A stretch of DNA of 64,000 nt, from NCBI GenBank assembly GCA_963706595.1, contig OY970166.1, forward strand, positions 2,368,001-2,432,000. Direction: 5' to 3'. Below, in pieces: positions 28,955 to 40,790 of the stretch. The DNA is from an uncultured cyanobacterium. Its GTDB lineage: Bacteria > Cyanobacteriota > Cyanobacteriia > Cyanobacteriales > Nostocaceae. Numbering within the stretch: position 1 is the stretch's first letter; the number at the start of each line of letters is the position of its first letter. Below the pieces are notes generated by a model. It had not been told where the DNA came from, did not search any database, and was given only the letters and a program-made list of their open reading frames with translations. A program made the translations under genes and the position numbers.

Positions 28955-29469
28955 TTACCAATTTCCCTGTTACGTATCACAAATATCAGTCGTATTCGTT
29001 CTTAAAATGTTTTACCATTTCACACAGCTAAGTTTCATACTTAAGTAATAAATTTATATCACCAAAATATAATATAGGTTCAACGTGTTACATTTTATTA
29101 AAGATGTATTAATCAATTCTTAAGATTTAGTTAAGTCAAATGATTTTCTTTAAAGTAATATATTATACCAAGTAGCTAAAAGCTTTATTTACTGATAGTA
29201 TATAAAGCTACTATAAAGAGGCTATGAGTTTATTGAAAGCTTATCACTATATCACGATCAGTAACAGCAATTATAAATTCAAAAAATCAAGATTTTGAAT
29301 TTAGCTTTTCTCAGGCTAAAGCAGTGCCTCTGAGCTTTTTAAGTCTTTTAAGTTTTGCCCGCAACAATGAAACTAGTTCCAGCGTTGGAAACACAAGTTG
29401 AACAGTTATTAACACCAGGGTCAATTCCAAGTGCTAGTTTTGAATTTAACTTGATAAAGTAACGCATTT

Positions 29470-29730
29470 TCCCTTGTCTGAAATATCACTTTGTCTTTAT
29501 CCCAAAATGCGAAAAAAGGTGTTAGTTGGTGCAATAGCCCAAATGTTGCAGCAAATTATTTGTGAGGTTTGCTCTAGAATTCATAGATGGCGACTTGTAG
29601 CTATGAAATTATGTCAGACCATTTGCATCTAGTTTCTAGAATGCATATAGCTTCTGAGCAGATTGACCCATCAAGCATTCATCAAATGGCATTAAAGACA
29701 GAGCATCACATCACTTAAGAAAAGAGGGTT
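29470..29730 (+). pseudogene. tnpA: Degraded IS200-type Y1 transposase
   Basis: Frameshifted fragments YHFVFIPK, RKKVLVGAIAQMLQQIICEVC, EIMSDHLHL (HUH motif), IKDRASHHLRKE. Confidence 0.75.
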
Positions 29731-30030
29731 ATAGTTACGGCTGAAATTTTATGCGGAGAATGGGGATAAATTTCTTTACCTGGGCATTTGGTCAGCTTGA
29801 AAAGACATAAGTACAGTAATTATGTCTAAAAATTATGCCTGAGAGGAGTTGATTTTTTTAGATAAGTTATTAACAATAAAGATAACCTCTAACAAGTTGT
29901 AGTCCATCTTGTTAAGAACCTAACCTTATCCAATTTTTCAAGTCCGCACCTGCGGACTTTATTTATTTGTTCGCAATGCTAGAGTTTGGCATCAGAAATT
30001 ATATCGAATTGCGATAATTTAGCTAATTGA

Positions 30031-31383
30031 TTAGAGAAATTCGGCACGAAACTGATTAACAACCCGATCTAGTCCCACGGAATGAGCAGCTTTGAATAAA
30101 ATGCGATCGCCTGTTTGCACAAATGTCTTTAATCGAGCTACCAAATCAGCATGAGTGGTAAAGCATTCTGATGGGATACCCTCTGCACTTTGAGCGATCG
30201 CTTCTGCATCTGTGCCATCCACTAAAACCAGCAAACCGTCTAATTGCAACCTCTGCACCGTTTCACCGACTCTTTGGTGCAATTGCAGCGATCGCTCTCC
30301 CAATTCTTTCATTGCACCTAATACCGCAATTTTGCGTTTTCCTGGTGTATCTGCCAATAATTGCAAAGCTGCTTCCATAGCTTCTGGTGCAGCATTATAA
30401 GTCTCATCTAAGAGAATAATATCATGAGGCAGGCTAAACTGTTGCGATCGCCCCGTAGGCATATTCACTTTCACACCATTTTGCAGCCTTGACCAGTGGA
30501 TTCCCAAAACCTGCGCCACAGCTAAAGCTGCTAAAAAATTACTGGCATTGTGACGACCAGGTAAAGGTAAAGGTAGCTGCATTCCCCCAACTTTGATCGT
30601 TTCGTTATCGATCAGCACTCCTTGGATATCGCCAGCAGACAAGCCATAACTCACAACTTCCCCAGACCAAACTTGCTGCGCTGTAGCCATTAACAGAGGA
30701 TTGTCATGATTGAGAATAGCTACACCATCTGCAGGCATTTCGGCTAATAATTCACATTTAGCCGAGCGATCGCTTCTTCAGAACCCAATAACTCAATATG
30801 TGCGGTTCCCACATTGGTAATCACCCCAATATTCGGAAGGGCTATTTGCGTCAGTTCAGCGATTTGTCCCTCACCCCGCATGGCCATTTCCACCACAGCA
30901 TAGTCATGTTCTGTACCCAGTTCTAACAAAGTTTTGGGAACGCCGATTTCGTTATTAAAATTGCCAAAAGTTTTGTGAACTCGTCCCTCAGTTGCTAATA
31001 CTGCGGCGATGAGTTCCTTAGTTGTGGTTTTACCTACAGAACCCGTCACCCCAATTACTGGAATATTCAAGCGATCGCGCCACCATCTGCGCCAGTTGCT
31101 GATATGCTGCTAAAGTGTTGTTAACTTGCAATACAGGTAAACCCGGATTTTCATAATCACCATCTACAATAGCCGCTATTGCACCTTGAGCGATCGCATG
31201 GGAAACGAAATCGTGTCCATCAAAATTTTCCCCTCGTAAAGCCAAAAATACTTCCCCAGGTTTGATCATCCGGGTATCTGTTTGGATACTGCTGCTGACT
31301 TGTGTTAAAGCAGCTTCAGATAAATTGATAGGTTGGGCGCACAGAACTGACAACAATTGGGAGATGCTAACAGACCAAGGCAT
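30031..31383 (-). CDS. murF: UDP-MurNAc-tripeptide:D-Ala-D-Ala ligase (two compensating frameshifts near 31088 and 30764; 450 aa if restored)
   Basis: LRGENFDGHDF, GVTGSVGKTTTKE, NFNNEIGVP, EMAMRG, DETYNAAPE, LGAMKELG across three ORFs. Confidence 0.92.
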
Positions 31384-31776
31384 AATTATGAACTTATTTT
31401 CAAAGTTAAATTAGCGAAACCCAAAGTATACAAATTTTCTGGTGCTTAGTCCCATCATTTCTGGGAGAAAAAATATATATAGCCACCCCATAGTCAACCG
31501 AAGCCCAAACTTCTCTATTATTGAGAAGAATGTGATATAATATTTTTACTGGAGAAAAGCCATATGAGTCCGACACGCCAACCCTGCGACCAACTAAACT
31601 AAACCGTTTAGTCTAGAACGAATAAAAATCTCTAATTCCTGCCTCCTCCAAACCACCCCCCAAGGCGTTTAGGACATAACAAAATTCCAAAGCCCAATCA
31701 CAGCAAGCATTTCAATTTTGACTTTTGCTCTGACTCCCCTCCTCGCTTGCGGGGAGGGGTTGGGGGTGGGGTTCTT

Positions 31777-33664
31777 CTATTTACTTTCCACAAAATCGGC
31801 ATCAATTACATCTTCACCTGTAGTGCGATCGCCTTCGCCTGTCCCTCTACCATCACCACCAGCTTGAGCATAAATAGCACTACCAACTTGCATCAAAGCT
31901 TGCTGTAACTCATTAGTCAGAGACTTCATGCGATCAAAATTATCTTGATTAATCGCCTCCCGTAAATCCTGTACTAACCCTTCAACTCGGCTGCGATCCT
32001 CAGCACTCACCTTGATCACCCAAATCTTGCAGTTGCTTCTGGGCTTGATAAGCCAAAGAATCCGCCATATTCTTCGTATCAATTTGTTCACGGCGTTTGC
32101 GGTCTGACTCAGCGTGGGATTCTGCATCCCGCACCATGTTTTCCACATCCCCCTTATCGAGGGTGGAAGCACCTGTGATCGAAATGGATTGCTGTTTACC
32201 TGTAGCTTTATCTTGAGCAGTCACAGAAAGAATACCGTTGGCATCAATATCAAAAGTCACCTCAATTTGTGGTACACCTCTAGGTGCTGGCGGAATCCCA
32301 TCCAGGCGGAAAGTTCCCAAACTCTTGTTATCTTTAGCGAATTCCCTCTCACCTTGGAGAGCATGAACTTCGACATTTGTTTGACCATCAGCCGCAGTTG
32401 AGAAGATTTCCGACTTTTTCACCGGGATAGTAGTATTACGGCTAATAATCTTCGTCATCACACCGCCAAGAGTTTCCACACCCAAAGACAAGGGAGTGAC
32501 ATCCAACAGCAGGATATCTTTCACCTCACCAGCTAACACACCCGCTTGAATAGCAGCACCAATCGCCACCACTTCATCAGGGTTCACACCTTGACAAGGA
32601 TCTTTACCAATCATTCGCCGCACTAATTCTTGCACAGCCGGAATCCGAGTTGAACCACCCACTAATACAACTTCATCAATTTCCGCATTACTCAGTTTGG
32701 CATCTTGCAACGCTTGCTGCACAGGTTTCCGACAACGGTCTAAAAGATCCGCCGTCATTTCCTCAAATTTAGCCCTTGTCAAAGTCGTATCTAGGTGTTG
32801 CGGTCCCGCTTGAGTCGCTGTAATAAAGGGGAGGTTAATATTGGTTTGAGTCGCACTGGAAAGTTCAATTTTGGCTTTTTCTGCGGCTTCTGTGAGTCTT
32901 TGTAAAGCTTGTTTATCTTTACGCAAGTCAATACCTTGATTACGCTGAAATTCAGTCGCCAACCAATCGACAATCTTTTTATCAAAATCGTCACCACCTA
33001 AATGGGTGTCCCCACTGGTAGATTTTACTTCAAATACACCGTCTCCTACTTCCAAAATGGAAACGTCAAAAGTCCCACCACCCAAGTCAAAGACTAAGAT
33101 AGTTTCGTTGGTCTTTTTATCTAAACCATAAGCCAGTGCTGCTGCTGTTGGTTCGTTGATAATCCGGAGAACTTCTAAACCTGCAATTTTACCCGCGTCT
33201 TTGGTCGCTTGGCGTTGGGAGTCGTTGAAGTAAGCTGGAACGGTGATTACAGCTTGGGTAACTTTGTCTCCTAGATATTTACTGCTATCGTCAACCAACT
33301 TCCGCAGAACTTGGGCGGAAACTTCTTCGGGTGCAAATTGCTTACCTGCTGCGGGACAGTCGAGTTTAACATTCCCGTCGCGATCGCGCACAACTTTGTA
33401 AGTCACCTCTGTAGCTTCATGGGTAATTTCTTCATGTTTGCGCCCAATGAAGCGTTTTACAGAATAGAAGGTGTTTTCTGGGTTCATCACCGCTTGTCGT
33501 CTGGCTATTTGACCTACTAAGCGTTCACCAGACTTAGTATAAGCCACCACCGACGGCGTGACGCGTTGTCCTTCAGCGTTAGCAATTACTAAAGGTTGTC
33601 CACCTTCCATGACCGCAGCACAAGAGTTTGTGGTTCCTAAATCAATTCCAATTACTTTCGGCAT
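31777..33664 (-). CDS. dnaK: Chaperone DnaK (one +1 frameshift near 32014; about 628 aa if restored)
   Basis: [41 protein letters not shown]-terminal EDVIDADF in the second frame. Confidence 0.95.
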
Positions 33665-34130
33665 ATAATCTTCCTCGTTAGCTTTCGTTTTGTGCAATTG
33701 TGGCGTTGAGGATAAGACACTGGGTATCGAAAATGGGGTATTATCTAGTGGATTTAGTCTTAGGAGGTTTAATCTCAAGCGTGCTAGCTTGCAGACAACC
33801 AGTATTTTTCCTCAATCAATCTATTAAGCTTCCTACTTCAAACATTAGACCAACTGATAATTGAGTGGGTTCGGTTTTATAGCAAGGTGCGATCGCAATA
33901 ACCGTACAACTTGTCATTTGAATAATTTCCGATAAGTAGCTCAAACTTAAAACACATAATACTCAGATCCCCGACTTCTTGGAGAAGTCGGGGATCTATA
34001 TCCTCAATGTTTTATGTTTAATTATGTTAACCTACTTAAAAACGACCATTAAGATGATGAGGAGTCTTGTATAAAGTTTTTAAGTTGACTTTACTGGATA
34101 AAACATCATAATTTCCCCATATTTTGATTT

Positions 34131-35468
34131 TTATTTAATTTTTTTTTCACCCCAAATCAATTCCAACCGTTCCTGAGCTTCGTTTAAAGCCGCCTCAGCC
34201 GAAGATTTACCTAATAATGTAGCTTCAATTGCTCTACCTAAAAGGTCAGCAATACGACTGTATCCAGCTATAGCAGGTAAAGAATGTGCTACAGGTAACT
34301 GCTCAAAAAATACTTTTAATAATGGGGTTTGCTCAATAAATTGCTGATAAATTGGACTACGAGCCGAGGAAAAAGTGACTGGTAAAAAATTCGTTTTCAT
34401 AGTCCATTCTGTTTGAAATTCCTCGCTTAAAACATACTCCAAAAATTTGAGTGCAGCTTCTTCTTTAGCTGTTGTAGTCTTCATCACAAACAAACTAGCA
34501 GTACCTGTGACTGTTGCAGGTCTTACTCCCGCAGGTACAGGAAACACTTGATGATCAACTGGAGACTTCATGATTAATGTCCAAGGTCCAGTAATCTGCA
34601 TGGCTACACGACCCTGAAGAAAAGCATTTTCTTCATAGCCTTGTTCGGGAGCAGAAAGCATGACTGAACCATCTTTGATCATATCTTGCCAAAAATCTAA
34701 AGCAGCGATCGCACCTACGTCAGTTAAATTCGGGTAATTATTTTGAATAATCTCTCCCTCAGCACCAAATAAAAACGGCAACCAACTAAAAACAGTCCAT
34801 CCTCCCTTTCCTAAAGGCAACAACATTCCATACTGTTCAGGACGATGATCTCCGTTTTTGTCTATCGTCAATTTTTTAGCAACTTCTCTCAACTCTTCCC
34901 AAGTTTTAGGTACTTCTGTAATTCCCGCAGATGCAAACAATGTAGGTCGGTAAAAAATCCCGATATTACTTGTGTGCATAGGAATAGACCAAACGTGACC
35001 ATCTATTTCCATTCCTTTCAATAGATTCGGTCTAATATCTGATTTGATTGCTGTTTCTTCTAACCAATCATCTAAAGGTCGAATGGCTCCTAGTTCTACA
35101 AATTGTCCCGTGTATTCTGGGTAAAAAAATAAAATCTCAGGAAAAGCATTACCAACAAATGCTGTTAATATTTTTGGCAACTGAGGTTCAGGTTGAAAGA
35201 TAGATTCAACTTGAATATTTGGATGCTTTTGATTAAACTTACTGACCAGTGTTTGAAATAAATCCCGGTTTTCTGGAGGATTGATTGACTGCCATAGTGT
35301 TAGTTTAATTACAGAATTTTCTTCAGGCTCTATTTGCTTACAACTCCATAAACCAAACAGACAAAAAAACACAATAATTCCTAAGAGCGAAATTTTTTTA
35401 ATTAATTTAAAAATTTCACATCCCGATAATATAAACTTGATTTTCATCTTGTTTATCCCTTTAATCAT
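34131..35468 (-). CDS. Carbohydrate ABC substrate-binding lipoprotein
   Basis: Lipobox LWSC, FNQKHPNIQVE, PKTWEEL, FLQGRVAMQITGPW. Confidence 0.85.
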   Translation of the reverse strand: MIKGINKMKIKFILSGCEIFKLIKKISLLGIIVFFCLFGLWSCKQIEPEENSVIKLTLWQSINPPENRDLFQTLVSKFNQKHPNIQVESIFQPEPQLPKILTAFVGNAFPEILFFYPEYTGQFVELGAIRPLDDWLEETAIKSDIRPNLLKGMEIDGHVWSIPMHTSNIGIFYRPTLFASAGITEVPKTWEELREVAKKLTIDKNGDHRPEQYGMLLPLGKGGWTVFSWLPFLFGAEGEIIQNNYPNLTDVGAIAALDFWQDMIKDGSVMLSAPEQGYEENAFLQGRVAMQITGPWTLIMKSPVDHQVFPVPAGVRPATVTGTASLFVMKTTTAKEEAALKFLEYVLSEEFQTEWTMKTNFLPVTFSSARSPIYQQFIEQTPLLKVFFEQLPVAHSLPAIAGYSRIADLLGRAIEATLLGKSSAEAALNEAQERLELIWGEKKIK

Positions 35469-36637
35469 ACTTGTTGAGCAAAAATTCTCTCAATTAACAT
35501 TTCTAAGTTATTAGCACAACTAGACTCACTAAATAATCGTTCTAGTTGCTCAGAACGGTTTAGTCTTTCTTGAGGACTTTCTACGTGATGAATTATTGAT
35601 TTCGCCAAAGCATCTACATCATTTGGTGGGACTAAAGTTCCACATTCTAATACTTCAGAAATTTCCCGTGGACCCACTGGACAATCACTAGCAATGAAGG
35701 TGACTCCACTAGCTACAGCTTCTACAAGCACCATCCCAAATCCTTCGTAATGAGAAGCAAGTATGACTGCCCTAGATAATGAAAAGTACGCTCTGGGATT
35801 AGTCACAGTTCCTGCAAAAAGTACAATATCACTAATTTTTAAATAACTTGCCAACTTTTGCATTTCTGTTTCTAAATTACCATCTCCTAGTAAAATTAAC
35901 CGGATATTAGAATGACGGTGATTAGCTTGAGCAAATGCTTTGAGTAAAGTTACATGATCTTTTTGATGATGAAATCTAGCAGCAGATACAAAAGTAATTA
36001 ATTCATGGTTTTTCAACCATGACTCAGCAGTAGAATTTAATGGCTGATTATTTATATCAGGTATAGCGGGATTATAGCATATTTCTATATTACGAGGATT
36101 TAAGCCCATATTTAAGAATCTTTCATACAGACTTTTACAAACAAATACTAATCCATTCGCTTGCTTAAGACTAAGCAAACTCACCCAATTGTCAATACGT
36201 ATAGATAAATTTTGCCATATTCCTATCAATGAGTTGATTGTGCTTTCAGCCTGTAATTCAGAAATAAAATCAGTATGAATATAGATAATATAGGGAGTTT
36301 TTACACCGCCCGGAATCATTTGTGAAAAATAAAAAAGTTTGCTGATAAATGCAGTATGGCAAATAATAATATCTGGTTTTAATTCAGCAATTACTTTACT
36401 TAACTGCATAGCTATCCATATTTGATGTATGGCTCCCCCGATATAAAATCCACTGCCCGCAACTTTCATAATTATGACTTTTTCAGCATCTTTAAAATCA
36501 ACTATCCACCCTGAGTCTAAATCTGTAAACACCACGGTAGAAACTTGATTACCTGCTTTTTTTTGAGAAGATATTAGCGAATTGGCAATTTTTGGCGCTC
36601 CACCAATATTACTTAAAATTAGATGACAAATATGCAT
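35465..36637 (-). CDS. Glycosyltransferase family 4
   Basis: GGA N-terminal loop, ARFHHQKDH, SHYEGFGMVLVEA, SDCPVGPREI. Confidence 0.9.
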   Translation of the reverse strand: MHICHLILSNIGGAPKIANSLISSQKKAGNQVSTVVFTDLDSGWIVDFKDAEKVIIMKVAGSGFYIGGAIHQIWIAMQLSKVIAELKPDIIICHTAFISKLFYFSQMIPGGVKTPYIIYIHTDFISELQAESTINSLIGIWQNLSIRIDNWVSLLSLKQANGLVFVCKSLYERFLNMGLNPRNIEICYNPAIPDINNQPLNSTAESWLKNHELITFVSAARFHHQKDHVTLLKAFAQANHRHSNIRLILLGDGNLETEMQKLASYLKISDIVLFAGTVTNPRAYFSLSRAVILASHYEGFGMVLVEAVASGVTFIASDCPVGPREISEVLECGTLVPPNDVDALAKSIIHHVESPQERLNRSEQLERLFSESSCANNLEMLIERIFAQQV

Positions 36638-36694
36638 ACAGTAGTCTGGTTTGATTTCTCATAGCTGGCGTGGCGATAGATATAATTTTATGAA

Positions 36695-36729
36695 TAACAA
36701 AACCCACAACTTTGTTATGGGTTTTGTTA
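36695..36729. terminator. Stem-loop between the GT2 and GT4 genes
   Basis: 12-bp perfect inverted repeat taacaaaaccca/tgggttttgtta. Confidence 0.45.
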
Positions 36730-36783
36730 AAAAAATAGCTAGTCCCACTCTAGTATAAATCGTTTAACATTCATACTAGAAAT

Positions 36784-37452
36784 TTACTTAGATGAGGACA
36801 TTTCTTCTAAAAAACTTTTAGTAACACTAGTTTCTGCCCTGGTGTAAAGATAAGTTTCTGGCGCGGTAAGTTTTTCAGTTTTAAAAATCTTTTCGGCTCT
36901 GCACCAAAACTCTGTATCTTCTACATAAGGAATATCATTAAATCCTTGTAATTCAAAAAATACATCCCTTTTACCAAAAAATGTAGGACCAACGACACAT
37001 TCTTTCAGATTTATAGTTTTATCTCGTTGAAAATAATCAACCACCCAAATTTCTCCTTCAGTCGCAAATCCTCCTTCTATTAAGTCCAAGTCTGGATGAG
37101 ATTGCATATATTCAATTCGGGATTCTAGATGATTATTTAAATATGCATCGTCGCTATCAATGAATGTGATATATTTCCCAAATGATGCTTGGATTCCGGC
37201 ATTTCTGGCATAACCTGCCTTTCTATTTTTATGCTTTAAATAACGTATTTGATTGAATTCTTGAACATATACATTGACAATATCAAAGGTATCGTCTTGG
37301 CTGCCATCATCAACTACAATCAACTCCCAATTCTGAAAAGTTTGATTAATAATACTATCAATGCACCTATTTAAGTATTTTTCTCTATTGTAGGTAGGTA
37401 AAATAATAGAGATTTCTGGAATTGGTTCAAACATTACACTGGTCATGATCAC
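36784..37452 (-). CDS. Glycosyltransferase family 2
   Basis: ISIILPTYNR, VVDDGSQD, ARNAGI, FIDSDD. Confidence 0.9.
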   Translation of the reverse strand: MIMTSVMFEPIPEISIILPTYNREKYLNRCIDSIINQTFQNWELIVVDDGSQDDTFDIVNVYVQEFNQIRYLKHKNRKAGYARNAGIQASFGKYITFIDSDDAYLNNHLESRIEYMQSHPDLDLIEGGFATEGEIWVVDYFQRDKTINLKECVVGPTFFGKRDVFFELQGFNDIPYVEDTEFWCRAEKIFKTEKLTAPETYLYTRAETSVTKSFLEEMSSSK

Positions 37453-37501
37453 AAATTACTGTAATTACAGTTGGAAAACAACAAAAATTAACTGGAAATT
37501 C

Positions 37502-38137
37502 TTACTCTATTCTAATACTTTCCCGTTCCCACAAAGCTAAGTGTCTGATGGGATAACCTTCGATCCAGTCTTCTATAAATGCAATGGGTTGGCCAAAGTT
37601 AAATGGGTCTTTCTGTAGATTAAGCAGACGAAATGACCCAGTGGTAATGTCTTGATTCTCGGAATTAGAATGAGTTGATGTGAGTAGATATTTAATACCA
37701 CTGCTTAAAAACTTATCAATCACCGATATAATATCCTTATTCGATAAGTGAAAAAGACAGTCTCTGCAAAGCCATATATCAGCTTGTGGTAGAGTGTCTT
37801 GAGTAATATCTAAATAGGTAAAGTGGCGATTATCATTACCATAAAGTAATTTGTTACGATTTATTAATGGCTCGACAATATCAGCACCGATGTATTGAAT
37901 TGGTTCTTGCCAAGAAATCATTCTGAACCAATTAAAATCTCCACAGGGAGCATCCAAAAACACTTTTATTCCTAAATTTTTCACTAATTTAGGTATTTCC
38001 TTCCGAATATTTTCTGTATATTGAATTGTTGATCCTGGACCAGAAACGCTTTCCTCGCTGCCCCATAAATTATTTGTGTAATGATCCTGGAATATTTCCT
38101 TGGCATTACCTATTATAGGATTATCTTTGTATTGCAT
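37502..38137 (-). CDS. Class I SAM-dependent methyltransferase
   Basis: SGPGS, LDAPCGD, YIGADIV, CRDCLFHL. Confidence 0.82.
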   Translation of the reverse strand: MQYKDNPIIGNAKEIFQDHYTNNLWGSEESVSGPGSTIQYTENIRKEIPKLVKNLGIKVFLDAPCGDFNWFRMISWQEPIQYIGADIVEPLINRNKLLYGNDNRHFTYLDITQDTLPQADIWLCRDCLFHLSNKDIISVIDKFLSSGIKYLLTSTHSNSENQDITTGSFRLLNLQKDPFNFGQPIAFIEDWIEGYPIRHLALWERESIRIE

Positions 38138-38301
38138 GAATTATGAAAATTAAGTTTTTACAAAACAATGTATTTGATCATGATCATATCATTTATATCA
38201 GCAAGTATTATATAATAGGATTACGTTTTTCTGTAAAAAATATTTTTATTTTGAGTATTGTTTTATAGACTACAATTGACTTATTACTAGAAATCATTTT
38301 T

Positions 38302-39045
38302 ATGGTTAAGGTTGCACTCCCAGATTTTTTAAGTGATTTTTCCGAAAATTCATTTCACTTAAAACAGCACTTGCAGGAATTTTTGCATTTAGATTCAACA
38401 ACTCTAGAGCAAAAGTTAGCTCAAGGTAAAGACAATTTAGCTAAATTGGGTAACAAAGATTTTGATTGGGATGCAGCAGCAGCCTTTTATCGTGACAAAG
38501 TTGGAGAGATTTATTTGTTTGAGTTGGGAGCATGGCATTTAGAATGTCCCGATAATATTGAAAATGCCTTATTTTTGATTGTCGATCATGCTCAAGGTCG
38601 GGTGTTAGATTTTGGCGGTGGAATTGGAACTCATGCAATTTGCGCTGCGCTGTGTCCTGAAGTCGAACAAGTTATTTATTGTGATATCAATCCTCTGAAC
38701 CGTGATTTTGTTTATCACCGTGCCGAACAGTTGGGGCTAAGTCACAAAATAGTTTTTTGTTCAGAAATGCCTCCAGAAGGTAGTTTTGATACAATCATGT
38801 CCTTTGATGTTTTAGAACATTTACCAGATCCTTGTGAGCAGTTGCTTGCGTTCTATCAAGCCTTAAGACCTGAAGGCAAAACAATTCTGAATTGGCATTT
38901 CTTTAAAGGCTTTAATCAAGAGTATCCTTTTCATTTGGATGATCCACAAGTAATAGAAGCCTTTTTCAAAACTGTTCAGAGTAAGTTTGTAGAAATTTTT
39001 CACCCTTACTATACCACGACTCGTTGCTACCGTAAGTGGGTTTGA
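38302..39045 (+). CDS. Class I SAM-dependent methyltransferase
   Basis: VLDFGGGIG, FDVLEHLPDP, LRPEG. Confidence 0.85.
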   Translation: MVKVALPDFLSDFSENSFHLKQHLQEFLHLDSTTLEQKLAQGKDNLAKLGNKDFDWDAAAAFYRDKVGEIYLFELGAWHLECPDNIENALFLIVDHAQGRVLDFGGGIGTHAICAALCPEVEQVIYCDINPLNRDFVYHRAEQLGLSHKIVFCSEMPPEGSFDTIMSFDVLEHLPDPCEQLLAFYQALRPEGKTILNWHFFKGFNQEYPFHLDDPQVIEAFFKTVQSKFVEIFHPYYTTTRCYRKWV

Positions 39046-39318
39046 AAGAAATTTCTCAAGAGGGCTGAATCTCCAGGGAAGAGGCAGGGGCGCAGGAGGG
39101 GGGAGCGAAGAAGAGGCAGAGGGGCGCAGGGTGCAGGGTGCAGGGTGCAGGGGGGAGTGAGAAATTACTTTAAATTTCCGGTTATTTAACAACCTTTCCT
39201 CTTCTCCCCTGCCTCCTGCCTGTTTTGACCACCAACCAGAACCAGGAAAAGGAAGGCGGTTATGCCTTGCTGCTGTTTTTTCTTCAACTGAAACTACTAC
39301 AATTACTATTGATGCTAG

Positions 39319-40729
39319 TTGACACTCTGCTGCCTAAAGGCGAGGAGATTCTACATTCACAGACTCGCCGTTAGACGACAGGCTTGAGCCAACCGCCCAA
39401 GAGGGCAAATCTCCTGTAGCGTAAGTTCCCGTATGCCCTACGGTACTTAATCCTAATTTAAGGATATTGATACTAGCGTTGACATCCCTATCTTCAACAA
39501 ACCCACAATGATGACAAACATGAGTTCTAGTAGATAGAGATTTTTGCACTTTCTGACCACAATTAGCGCAATTTTGGCTGGTATTATGGGGAGGAATAGC
39601 AACAGTTACCGAACCATATTTATGCCCAAAATATTCTAACCATTGCCTAAAAGTAGACCAACCAGCATCAGAAATTGATTTAGCTAGATGTCGGTTTTTT
39701 ACCATACCTTTAACATTCAAGTCTTCATAGGCTACCAAATCGTTAGATTGGATGACGGAGTACGCTAATCTCTTGCAATATTCTTTTCGCTGCCTACTTA
39801 CTCTTAAATGCTTACGGGCATACCTATTTCTAGCTTTGTGGTAGTTGTTAGATTGTCGTTGTTTGGCTTTTTTACGTTCTCTACTGAATTTCTGGGATTT
39901 TTTACGATTAGCTCAATTTAATTGTTTTTCTGACTTACGGTAAAACTTGGGAGATGGCTCTACATTGCCTTTAGAGTCAGCAATGAAGTAGTTTAAACCC
40001 AAATCCAAGCCTACTACTTGATGAGATGGTTGTGTCTGAATTCTAGTATTTACGTCAATCGCAAATTGAGCGTAGTACCCATCAGCACGACGTACTAAGC
40101 GGACACGTTTAATTTGCTTGATGTCATAATAGTTAAGGTCGTAGGTTCCCTTTAATTTCAGAGTTCCAATACCTTTCTTGTCTGAAAAAGTGATAGCTTT
40201 TCTAGTTTCTGAAAGCTTCCATCCGGTTGATTTATATTCAACAGAACGGCAGTTTTTCTTAAATCTTGGGAAACCTTTTTTACCTTTGACTTTTTTCTGG
40301 CAGTTGTCGTAAAACCGAGCTATTGCACTCCAAGCACGTTCAGCAGCAGATTGTCTAGCCATTGAATTAAGTTCATCAGCAAAAGGAAATTCAGCAGCAA
40401 GCACAGCGCAATATTTGTTGAGATCGTACTTGGTGACATTTTTATTGCCCATCCAATATCTTAAAGACTTGTTTTGGACGAATTGACTAGTACGAATAGC
40501 ATCATCTACTGCACGGTATTGTTTGTCCTTTCCTTTGACCTTGAACTCGTAAATTATCATCGGCTCGACCGAACCAACTACATATTTATGCTAGCATGAT
40601 TGGTATAAACTGACAACCAAACTAAAAATTTACAGAGTCCTAAAGGACTTAACCAGCTTTCATCCCTTGCCTGAAGTACGGGATACGCAACTACGTTGCT
40701 GTTCCTCAAGGGTTTTCAGCATTTCTCTT
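39319..40729 (-). mobile_element. Non-autonomous IS200/IS605-family (tnpB-only) element; boundaries inferred
   Basis: Right end ...gcagagtgTCAA at 39319 with a subterminal hairpin; left end inferred after TTAT (40733-40730) with an imperfect hairpin. Confidence 0.65.
39334..40560 (-). pseudogene. tnpB: TnpB RNA-guided nuclease with in-frame TGA at 39913-39915
   Basis: GLDLG, AYEDL, CxxC/CxxC, DRDVNA motifs; both ORFs lie in one frame (KQLN*ANRKKS). Confidence 0.9.
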
Positions 40730-40790
40730 ATAATGGGAAAGCTTTGAGATTTACTAGCCCATCTAGCCCGACAGAATAAAACTAACACTT

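Noticed and set aside
30031..33778. murF and dnaK as true pseudogenes; 38-aa N-terminal extension of dnaK
   Set aside because: The sequences are otherwise undegraded; the canonical DnaK start [10 protein letters not shown] is at 33664
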